64,000 bases of DNA from Rhodosorus marinus CCMP1338 (Eukaryota > Plantae > Rhodophyta), in the NCBI GenBank assembly GCA_029953675.1, contig JAMWBK010000005.1:1984001-2048000 (forward strand), given 5' to 3'. Within the stretch, counting starts at the first letter, position 1. Every line of letters begins with the position of its first letter. The position numbers and the translations under genes are program-made. The notes under the pieces were generated by a model. It was not told the origin of the DNA, did not search any database, and saw only the letters and a list, made by a program, of their open reading frames with translations. This document shows positions 1-10,324 of this stretch, piece by piece.

Positions 1-11
1 TGGGCAATTAG

Positions 12-1230
12 CTACCGTCGAAGGTAGAGCTCTCGGCTCAAACGATTTCGATCCAACAGCTTCAATGATGCTGCGGGGTCCGAGCAAAAGTCTCTCGGCG
101 TATAGCTATCCGCTTTGGGGTAAGGTTCCAGAAGCTTCAGACGCTGGTACGACGCAGCAACGAGCTCAGAACAAAATACCCGAGCGAGATCATCCTCTCT
201 GCGCATTCGCTTGGTTGAAACAGGTCTTTCGCCTAGATGGGGAGGGGGGGGGGGAAGGGATTGTGCGTCAGCTGCTGAAGACGAAACCTAGGTATCTCGG
301 TCTGCTGCTCTTATGAACGGTGAACAAGACATACTCTCAATCACCTCGTTCAATCGAGCCGATAGGACTTCGACGTTTCTGCTAACCCGAGTCCTCTCCG
401 CCAGCAGTACTCGTCTCTGGTACGTTGTAAGAACCGCATTATCCAGTTCCCGCTGAATGTCTGTCAGCTGCTCCTTCTTCTCTATTAACAGTGCGTGGAG
501 CCTCTCGCGCTCCTGTTTTGTTAGGGGGTCGAACACAGCTTGAGCAGCTGTTTTCCATTGGCAGAGGGTGCTTCTTCGTCAGAGATCACAGCATATAAAG
601 AAATGCGTGCTTTGGAATTCGGTATAGGCGTCAACGAGTTGATCACCTTGAAGTAAGCCGGTCCCTGTCTCGTATGGTCTGCCCGTCATCTGTTGTGCAA
701 AGTTCCAGAGCTGTCTGCGGAACTCGTCCGTGCGCATGGCCGAAAGCCTTCGTACTGCGATGTCATGTGATTTACTGGGCGTCGCGTGTTTAGAGAGTCA
801 ATGAGCAGCTTTGAAAATATTTGCATACGCTGCTTAGCTGCTTACCTCTTGGAAACACGGTCACTGAGCTTGCGTAGCTTCACACCGCCAAGATCAGCTT
901 CCAGGAAGAACAGTTTCTTTGAATCTGGGTCTCTCACAACTATTCCTACATGGTCCCATTTACTATTCGAAAAGAACTTGGCCACGATGCAGATGGCAGC
1001 ACCGTAAGCAGTCATCGACGTGCATCTGGGAAGGGAGGAAAATATGGCCAGCGATTCGGTCGGCCCTCAACACTTCTTAGCCACTTCAGAGTTGAAAGCA
1101 ATTGAGCTAGAAAGACCTCGTCACGTTACCTTCTGTTAAAAAGCACGATATCACCGGAGTCCACACTCCTGGGGAGTTGAACCTCAGCTGGCTTCTCTTG
1201 CTTGCTTTCTTCCTCCGTTCCTTTCTCCAT
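12..1230 (-). CDS. Permuted papain-like NlpC/P60 amidase (YiiX/YebB/C92-like) with internal coiled coil; multi-exon, start may lie further upstream
   Basis: Spliced translation (introns 1026-1129 and 775-845, GTAAC/GTAAG..CAG) gives VDSGDIVLFNRRC...KWDHVGIVVRD...LFFLEADLGGV...AVRRL...GRPYE, and finally RVFCSELVAASYQRL...YTPRDF before TAG at 12-14. His-before-Cys order is the permuted NlpC/P60 pattern. Confidence 0.75.
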
Positions 1231-1539
1231 GATGAACAACTTTTCAACTTCGTTTCTCACAAACAGCACATCCTCATAATCGAGGCCGTTGTCGTCTCGC
1301 CGTTCGCACTAATCAGGCTCATACCGTCCTGAAAATTACGAGCTCACGATTTGCACCCCTCCTCGCTCAGCACTTATTGTCGAGCAACGACCATCCGTCC
1401 AGATTCTAATACGAATCCCCCGGTCATCCGCATCAAGCTACGCACGAGGTGAGCCAGTAAAAAAGGCCGCCCCCCACGCATTCGTTCGTTCCCGTCGCTT
1501 TTACCAAGCAACCAGGACCCTCAAAATATCTGCACTTGC

Positions 1540-1856
1540 ATGAAAAACTTTCCAGAGGCAGCTCAAAAGTCTTCCTTCAAAAAGTATCCTGACTTCCGCA
1601 ATCCTCAAGACCCATCCACACCTGCAGATTCCTGTACCACTGCTGAACTGCGTAAGCCCAGATCCAAATGAAGACAGATCTCTAGTAAATGTACTGACCA
1701 GGTTTCGTAATCCTCAGAGCTTCCAAAGCACAGAAAATGACCAAAATTCTCTTCCCCGGCTTCCAAGCAGAAACTCTCGAGTCTCCAGCCAACTATTACC
1801 ATCACTGTCTTCGTTCTCATGAGGAAGTTGTTTACACTCTCCAAATAGTCTGCTGA
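1540..1856 (+). CDS. Small hypothetical protein (~88 aa), one intron
   Basis: ATG 1540; intron 1652-1701 (GTAAGC...CTGAC-CAG, 50 nt) keeps frame to TGA 1854-1856; divergent from the NlpC/P60 gene. No family recognised. Confidence 0.35.
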
Positions 1857-1938
1857 AGAAGACGGTCGAGCTGAGTTCAGAACCCGAAAACGAGTTCTTT
1901 CTTTCGGCTGTACTTAATTGAACACAAAGTAAATTAAT

Positions 1939-2882
1939 TTAAAATTCTACGTTCATTCCAGATTGGACGTGTTTCTCTCTCAGCTGGCCTAGAAAGGCTC
2001 GGAGAGACTCATGGGAAGAAAGTATACTTACGCTGGGCTCTGTGTTGTCGGTAAGCAGAGGAGTCAATGGAGGACTCGCTTGAGCTGTACCTTGCAACGT
2101 TGTGTTCAACTGCGCTATGAGATGGTATAAGTTCCTTCGAAGAAGATAGAGCTTTTTCAGTAAGAAGATTCTGTGGTCGTCTTCGTCCTGCTGACTGAGA
2201 CCGTACAAACAGTATTAGGTTACGCTAACTGCAAGCCTAGAGTCCCAGGGTCAGGCTTGGCAACACCATGGTGGACTAAATATTTTCCCCCTGAAGACAG
2301 CCGCGAAGGCGGCGGTATCGAACCAAGACCTTCAGAACTAAAAAGGGTCAGGCTCAAGTGACGAAAGAGGACGAAAAAGAATTGTGCTGAGGAGGATGGT
2401 GATTCTAGGTCTGACGGCTTTCATAGTTGGAAAGTATATAACGGCAACTTACACACTCCGTTTCGGCAGCAGTGGTGTGAAGGTATGAACTATCTTCACT
2501 CTTAGAGCTGGTATACGGCGCTCCGCAGCTTCTGACCAGCTCTGATGGAGGCGAGACTCTGACTGTGGGGGTTCTGCATGAGCTCGGTGAAAGGGCCGTG
2601 GATCAGTACTAGTGGATCCATAGGATGAGGCCAGATCCAAGGCGATCCTGGAGGTAGCTGCTGAGATTTGATTCCTCTGTTTGGCGAGTAAGTCCACGGC
2701 AATGGAATGGTCCACCCAATTGATACACATCCGCCGGCGCAGCTCATGTGCAATGGTGACGAAAAAAGGCGACAGGATCGTCTTCCGCATTCTGAAACGT
2801 TGGGGACGAAGTTGGCAGTCTTCTGCTGTATCGGGTTCATGACTGGTGGGCCGCAGCTCACACTTCCGATGAACCAACCCAT
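1939..2882 (-). CDS. Hypothetical multi-exon protein (boundaries uncertain)
   Basis: Minus-strand ORFs at 2449-2882 (GTAAGT donor near 2450) and 1939-2208 (helical segment EDDHRIFLLKKLYLLRRNLYHLIAQL). Exon joining not resolved. Confidence 0.25.
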
Positions 2883-3003
2883 TCCCTGTGCAAACTTGCG
2901 GTTTGGTGCAATAACACAGCTAGCATTGTTACAGGGGTCAAGTGCAATATGTATCCGTCAACCGTAGAGACAGGTAAGACAAGGGCCACAGCCTATGTTT
3001 GCT

Positions 3004-4816
3004 CTATGACAACGAGCACATAGATCTGGCAATCTGCACAATATGCTGCGGCGTGTACTCGAGATCCAGGACGATGTCTTGTTTGTTAAGGCAAGGTCCG
3101 ACGTCGTGGGAAAAGAACGAAGCTCTAGCACTTGGGCCGTCCGGGGTCGTCATCTTTGCGGCAAAGTCCTCATACCAAGCCATCGCCTTGTCTATGTCAG
3201 CATTGCCGCCCTTCTCCAAGCAGCTCCTTAGGACGTGAGGCCGTGGCGATCCATTAATGGCTGAGAAATGAACGCCGAGGATCTGAGAACAAAAACGGAG
3301 ATGAGGACGCACATGTTGGGACTCAGCTTTCAAAACAGCGTCCGGCGTTCACGACAACTTACTCGAGCGATGGGAACAAAATGAACCTGTGCCGTGGCAG
3401 CTGGGAAAACTTCTATGAGGGACGTATTCCTTCTCATGAAGATCACGTTTGCCTCGGCAGTGCGAAGGGAAGTTAAGAATATATCGGCTTTGTTCGCCCT
3501 ATATATCTGCAAAGAAACAGTGAAGTTCCGAGTCAGCTTCCTTGCATGAAGAGTTCTAAAGCAAGTCATCACCAGGACAAGCTCACGATCCCTCACCTGA
3601 TACTCCGGTGAACGACCTTCATAGTAATCGGCGTTGAAGACTATTTCTATAGGGAGATCTCCGAGCGCAGTCTTGATAGCCTCTTCGAGAGAGTAAATAT
3701 TAGCAATACTGAAGATCATGAAAAAAGATAATTCCGTTGAGATTCTCTGGTAATCGGAGAGTCAATCTTCTTTGCAGTCAGCAGACCTCGCGCCTCTCTT
3801 TGAAGACACAGCTTCCATGTTGACCACGCAAGTCCCATCTCTGAACCTTTCGGACTGTTCCTTTGGATCTCTCGTCAAGTTAAGATTTCTGCCCGAAACG
3901 TGAAAGGGCGAGGCTAGATTTCAGAGTTTGAACACATCGTAGTGGAGCGCACATTGTGGACTCCTGTCTACCTCCACAAGAAGTGCGACGAATCGAACAC
4001 GTCCTCTGCACTCTCCGGGAACTTGTTGTTAAACAGGATGATGCTTTGGAAGCAAACTCCGCTCTCGGTCGCTTCGTGGAAAGTCCTGTTCGAAACGAGC
4101 AGAACTTTATCGCTCAGCGCTGAGAGAATCGGTCCAGTGATTGTTTTCGAAACCCCATTGTTGGCCATCTTCTCCAAGTCTGCAGTGATGGGATGAAGGA
4201 CTCTAATTTGCTCATCCTTAGCTTCTGTAAACGCCGCACAAGCAGGACCTTTTAGAAAGCGGCGATGATGAGCCATGAAGTGGACAGGAGTCAGATGCTT
4301 CCATACCCTCGCAACGAGCTCCGTAACAGGAATAATCTCTTCTGTTCTCGTCCGACAATGGCCTGTCCAATGCGCCGATGGTCAGAGCTCCAATGAGGAT
4401 ATCCTTAACAAAATCTGCCTCGGCAAATCTCGGGTACTGCTCGCCAAGTCTTTCCGAGTGAAGTAGGTCAGCTTTCACCTGTGACAACACCGTGGATCCC
4501 TACTGTCAAGCGAGGAAAAGCTAGCACCGTTCGGATGGAGTGTGGCGTCGCTTCTCCTCACCGTCGGTAATCCAGTTGGAAGCTGCTCGGTGAACGTGAC
4601 TCCTTTATCGAGTCCTGCAGACTCCATCTCACGCTTGACGTCATCTGATGGACTCTGAAGTACCACCTGGCCATCTCCTAATCGACATCCACCTCCAAAC
4701 CTGTAAACCGGAGGGAGTTGATCGCTGCGAGACGACCAAACCTCTACCCTCCATGGCTCTGAAGCGGCATTACAGAAACCTATTTGAAGGAGCAGCAAGG
4801 CAAGGATTCTGTACAT
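3004..4816 (-). CDS. Secretory-pathway GT61-like (DUF563-type) glycosyltransferase, divergent; multi-exon
   Basis: Signal-peptide-like MYRILALLLLQIGFCNA (ATG 4816); later exons give GVCFQSIILF and SLRTAEANVIFMRRNTSLIEVFP, resembling the GT61 GVHGAGLxNxxFMxxGSxxIExFP segment. Confidence 0.5.
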
Positions 4817-5757
4817 CCATTGTCCCATTCCTACATATTTACAGGTCGCTGAATCCAGTTTCACATATCCACTGGCCTTCTCATCATACCTCGTGAACAT
4901 CAATATGAGTATCACTGCAGCCCTGCCGGGCCCACCGAGGCTCCGAGATCTTCCCTCGTCACACCAGCGTGACTCTTCCCAACGGTGACTGTTCCAGCAG
5001 ATGGCAACATCGTATCAACGGGCAGAGCTCGGGTGAGTAACCTCGACAAAGATCGTATCTAATGTAGAAGAGATACGGCCCCATCCCGAAGAGACCCAGA
5101 CGCTGTTGCTGCGACTTCGCTCGAAACGTTTTCTTTAAGTGAGGTAGGTAGCGGTGGGGAAAGGGGGGAGGAGGGAAGTGGAATGGTTTGATCGCCTCAC
5201 ATCGAAAATCAGAAAACTGCCACAGAGAACCCATCAAGAATGTCAAGAAAGCGAATAAGGAACTCTTGAGGCTCAGCTTGTACATAGCACAAAAACCTAT
5301 CGATCACCCAAGTCTTCGCATGACTATGATGATATTGACTGTACAGTCAATATCAAATAAAAAAGAATAAATATTAATTTGTTCAATCAATATATCAATA
5401 TCCGAACGAATAATTTGTCGGGTTTGTGTTCTAGTCAATCATTTTTTGTCTCAAGATTTCAACGGACGATCTTGGAGAACATCGATTTGGGATCGGAACG
5501 CTGGCTGGCAATGGGGAAGGGAGAAGCAGAGAAGACTTTGTAGCCGGTGCAAGGTGTGCTAGGAAGGAGCCCGAGAAGATTGCTTTTTTTTTTTTTCTGT
5601 CCTGTGTCATCTAATAACGCCCTAGGCAACTCATAGCCTCTTCAAGTACAGCTGTTTTCTTGTTGCGCTCTTTGACCCGAGCGATTTTGGGGAGGGGGAG
5701 AGGAGTTGGGTTGGTGGAGCCTGTGTGAGCGTGGTGGTTTGGCTTGAGGACAATAGG

Positions 5758-6609
5758 ATGATCGATAGAACTGGAACATTTCTTGTATTGGCGTCCTTGG
5801 TTTTATGGGGATGTATTTTAATTTCTTCATCCGGACAGGTGGTGTGGGCGAAGCCCAGACCTGTGGACTCGGATGTCAAATACTTGAAGTGTGACGTATG
5901 TCTTGCTGCTGCTATTCGTTTGCATGAATACGGTAGCTCACGAGGGACCAAGCTTAGCGAATCAGAGTTGTTGGATATGCTGGAGTCGTTTTGCGACCCT
6001 TTCTTGCCCACCGGGGGCTGGATTCCTTTCATGGAGATCTTGCACAACAAGGAGGACAAGCGTCTGGAGCTGAAGACGCACGATAAACCTGGTAAATGTG
6101 AACGAGATTGTGCGACGATGTCCAAGGCTTGTACTGATGCAATCGACGATGTGGTCTACGACATGGCAGAGTTCTACGTCTCTCACAAGGATGCTGACGT
6201 CGAGGCAATTGGAAAAAAGATGTGCTATGAGATCGGCACCACTTGTAAAGAGTCAGTTCCAGCTGTGCCAGACGACTGGAAAGGCACTGGATACACTCCA
6301 GCGTCAGAGGAGGATGTTGAGATGGACAAGCTTCGTCGGATGTCCAAAGGAAACGTTCAGGTGCGTAGTTGATGCTCCATGCTTTGTGTGCGAATGAACA
6401 CATGCCCCCCAAGACAACCCCGGAAGGCAATATGCTCAGATTATTTGTGTGTTGCGCTACCCCAGGTTATAGGACCTGACGAGATCCCGAAAATGATGGA
6501 GGAAATTGACGACATGGAAAACGTGGACGAGGGCGCATCTTCAACGGAACAGCAGGACGGGGCTGCGACAGAGGAGCAAGGCGAAGAGGACGAGCACGAT
6601 ACCCTGTAA
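5758..6609 (+). CDS. Canopy/CNPY-like saposin-B-fold ER protein (DUF3456-like)
   Basis: Hydrophobic signal peptide; LKCDVC and further spaced Cys (FCD, KC.RDC, KAC, KMC, TTC); intron 6361-6465; acidic tail ending HDTL (HDEL-like). Confidence 0.75.
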
Positions 6610-6804
6610 TGAAAACCAAGCTTTAAACAACAAAGGAGCATGTTGCGCTCAAAACCGCTAATACTGCGTCGACGATATACGATTCGGGAGAGGTTGACAC
6701 CTCTGACGGTTTCCTAAGCTGACCAAACCCTTCTAGGAACCCAGCTAGTGAGATCCTGGTCGAACAATCCCGTCACGAGGGTTATTTTAAACAATCCCCC
6801 CGTT

Positions 6805-8199
6805 CTAGAAGTCGAAAAACTTGCCTCCACTTGAACCTCCGTAGGCCTGGCCCGTAAGATCCTGTAGGATCGATAGACACGAATTGTAGTATCCGCCACC
6901 AAACAAGTTGTAGTGATTCTAACAAGAAGAGGAACAAAAGGAGTCAGCCGGTGAGCAAAGCTCTGGAAGATTGCCGAACTAGCGTGGACTAGCCCCGTTC
7001 ATGGTTTCTGAACACAAACCAGATAATGATAAAGCAGGTAGATCTGCTTTCGCTCCTCGAATCCTTTCTCTTTCGGAATCACTGAGAAGTACGCATCGTA
7101 AAAGTCCCTGCCGAACCCTGCGCACCAGGACATGCCAAACTCAGCCTCATTGTGGCCATAGTAACAAGCTGGGTCAAATATTGCGGGCTTGCCGCCGCTT
7201 GTTCCACCGATGTTGCCACTCCAAAGGTCACCGTGAAGAATACATGGCTTCACCTCGATCCCTAGGAATCAGGTCGAGATCAAGAAAAAAATAGCACTCA
7301 GCTTCAGACTGGAATCCATGGGCGCTGGCAGTGAGTCCAGTAAAAACCAATGATTAACCATCCCTAGTAGGGAACTTGTTGTCATCGAAGCAGTGCGTCA
7401 TCCCTGGCCTGGCCGGGCCTGTTTCTTTTCGGGAGTAGTGCTGATAAGCTCACCCTCAAAATATGAATCCAAGTTATCCATGAGCTGCTTGCCGAGGCTG
7501 GAGAGTGTTCCATCTCGAGCTAGTCGGAGTTGATGCCCTAGTCGCTTTTCCCTAAAGAATTGGACGTAGTTCCCGCTCCATTCGTTTGGCTGCGGAGTGC
7601 CTCCAATAGTATTCTTGACCGGGAACCCAAACTTCCCCGCCTTGGCTTCTTCTGCGAGAGGTTCCGCGAGGTGCATCTATAGCAGACAATCAAGGATCCA
7701 TTCAGATTGATCTGGATGTCTTTTTAAACGGTTCGGTTGGGATGGTGGATACCATGGCAAGTTGCTTTCCCAGTTCCGCTTGACTGTACGAGCCTCTCAT
7801 TTCCAAATGTTCCATGATAATAAATGAGCCGTCCCCCTCTTGGAGATCTCCGTAATGATAAACATTGGGAACTGTCACTGTGTCAGTCGCGTGCATTGCG
7901 CGTAGGCCTTCAGCCTCACCAGTGAACATCGCCTCGGAAGGGCGCTTCGAGGTCTTCACAAAGAACCTGTTTCCAGATTCAGTATCCACGATACTTGACG
8001 AGGCCCATCCCGACCCTCCCCCTCCGCTAAACGAGGTCACCTTTCCAGATCCAGCATTATCCTCTATCCACTGAGTCAGTTCGCGCTGAGGCCCTCCCAT
8101 CTGCATCACGCAAACATCATGGCGAGGTCGCAAACAGTGGCTTTTAGATGCTTTCCATTGTGGTCTTTTGAAGGTAGTTATCGCTACAAAAGCTGCCAT
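6805..8199 (-). CDS. Fructosamine/protein-ribulosamine 3-kinase, plastid-targeted
   Basis: MAAFV transit peptide; FFVK, MFTGEAEGLRAM, IIMEHL, FPVKNTIGGTPQPN, LHGDLWSGN, FDPACYYGHNEAEFGM, YLLYHYLNHYNLFGGGY; 3 introns; TAG 6805. Confidence 0.92.
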
Positions 8200-8714
8200 C
8201 TTACTCCGTTGCCAGTCCAAAGAGCCCTACTCGAACTCATCGGCACCCTTCGCTAATCGAAAACCCTTGAGCTGCAGAAGATTTGCTATAGATCCCGTTC
8301 GAAGTGCTTTGTCCGCATCGGAGCAAAATTGGGAGGAAGGAAGCGGCAAGAAGAATTCTTCGACTTTGCTCTGTTATGTCTAGAACGAGTTGTCTCCTAT
8401 GGATCTCCACTGTGTATAACTATTCATCCGTAGCATGGTGCCTCTTTAACCATGCCCTAAGAGCAGGAAACCCCTCTTCCCGAAACCCTCTTCAAAGATC
8501 GTGTGGACGTGGTTTGCTTCAGTTGTTTTCCTCTGATTAAATTTATTTGTTTTTCCTGAGTTCAGAAGGTGGAGATCGAAAGATGGATTTATGTATATTT
8601 ATGAATTGGGGATTGGATCCGGGGATGGTGGCTTTGCAGGTGTAGAGATCGGACTACTGGTCGGCAGTGAGGACTGAAGAGGAATTGATTCAAAATCGCA
8701 GTTGTGAAGTAGCG

Positions 8715-9793
8715 ATGGCGTTTCTTACGGGTTTGGCTATTGACAGTCGAAGACTGAGAATCGGTAGCTCGAGATGTGAGCCTCGACGTCGAGTTGCGGT
8801 GCATGCGAAGGTTATGCAGGCTTTGATATTCGACTGCGATGGGGTACTTGCGGATACTGAACGTGATGCGCATCGAGTCGCTTTTAATCTTGCGTTTGAG
8901 GAGAACGAGCTGAACACGGTTTGGAGCGAGAGTAGATACGGTGATCTGGGCTTAGGTTCTCTCCTCGGGCTTCGGTTGTACGGTCTGCTGACTGTTCTTG
9001 TGTGGGTTGCCAACTACCAGGTAAGCTCTTAGAGGTCGGCGGAGGTAAGGAGCGAATGACCGCGCATTTCAACGAAGTAGGATGGCCCGAGGGCTATACA
9101 ACGGAGGAAAGTCAACAGGAGCTTGTGAAGAAACTTCATCTGCGAAAGACTGAGTTGTTTGGGAAGCTCATCTCTGAGGGCAAGATCCCGCTTCGGCCTG
9201 GAGTACGCAATCTCAGCATGAACGCCGCTGTTGCACTGACGCCCCAAGGGGAGCTTGTTACCCCGAAACGTTTAATTTAAGAAAGTCTCTACGTTCGCGT
9301 CCGGCTAGGTGCAATCGCTGGCAGACTCTGCTTCAAAAAAAGGGCTTCCTATCGCGGTTTGCTCAACCTCAAACGAAAAGGCCGTTGCTCAGATCGTGAC
9401 GATGATGGGCCCAGAGCTAGCAAGCTCGATCGCGATATTCGCTGGTGACATTGTTCCCAAAAAGAAGCCCTCTCCAGATATTTACAATCTCGCAACGGAG
9501 AAGCTGAACCTGGACCCGGCGGCGACTGTGGTTATTGAAGACTCTTACATCGGCCTCCAAGCGGCAAAGGATGCAGGGATGAACTGCGTCGTCACCAAGG
9601 TAGGCTTTACACATCATCGCAGGCCTTTCTTTTCATTGTCATCTGGGCGAATTTGCTCAGTACCTGTACTGTTTCCCGACAGAGCACCTACACATTGGAC
9701 GAAGACTTCGCCCGCGCCGATAGAGTTGTTGACGATCTCGATTCAGGGGCCGTAACCCTGGAGTCCTTGGAAGCCCTAGTCAGCAACGAATAA
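8715..9793 (+). CDS. cbbY: CbbY-like HAD phosphatase (xylulose-1,5-bisphosphate phosphatase family), plastid-targeted
   Basis: MAFLTG transit peptide; LIFDCDGVLADTERDAHRVAFN, GGGKERM, LHLRKTELF, PLRPGV, AVCSTSNEKAV, GDIVPKKKPSPDIY, VIEDSYIGLQAAKDAGM; 3 introns. Confidence 0.92.
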
Positions 9794-9862
9794 CTCGAGA
9801 ATGAGGTGTAAAAAGACAACACAACAACAATTCGCCGGACTGTAACTTTTTTTCTGCAACCT

Positions 9863-10324
9863 TCAGCACTCATAGACTCTGAAGAAGCGGCTATCCTCCT
9901 CGTCGCATCTATCGCAGAACCTGTCGTGCATGTTCCTTTTCGGTTCCCCACATATACAGGAGTTGCAGTGCCGTTCCACATAAGCACTTCTCCATTGTCC
10001 ATCTTCGATGCCCTCAGTTCTTCCCCCTTCAAGCACCAGACCAAGAGCACTGATCAGCACCATCCCGCCAGTTGGAGCCTCTAGCAGACGGGGGGCGAGA
10101 CCCTGTCCCAGCAGACCATCACATGGAGACTTACCTATACTTCCCCACCTCGCGAAGTACTTCTCTTTCCATAACCTGTCACTACAAGACGCAGTGTAGG
10201 CATTCATGCACGTTGACCCCAGTCGTAAGATCACCCGATATCCACAGTGTCGCATGATTTGGTGATACAGGGCCACGGGCATTTCCTCACCCTTCATCTC
10301 CGCGTCTGTTCCCATGTCTTGCAA
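9863..10324 (-). CDS. Small F-box protein with Cys-rich C-terminus
   Basis: EMPVALYHQIMRHCGYRVILRLGSTC...SDRLWKEKYFARW is F-box-like; WRSAY followed by C-x-C...C-x2-C. Confidence 0.6.
   Translation of the reverse strand: MQDMGTDAEMKGEEMPVALYHQIMRHCGYRVILRLGSTCMNAYTASCSDRLWKEKYFARWGSIGKSPCDGLLGQGLAPRLLEAPTGGMVLISALGLVLEGGRTEGIEDGQWRSAYVERHCNSCICGEPKRNMHDRFCDRCDEEDSRFFRVYEC

Noticed and set aside
1605-1844. PH-domain-like end in a minus-strand ORF (FLCFGSSEDYETW)
   Set aside because: Only a faint resemblance; it lies antisense to a + strand model with a cleaner intron and has no credible start.
2290-2345. tRNA-like GGTTCGATAC on the minus strand
   Set aside because: The T-stem pairs at only 2-3 of 5 positions and no acceptor, D or anticodon arms can be built.
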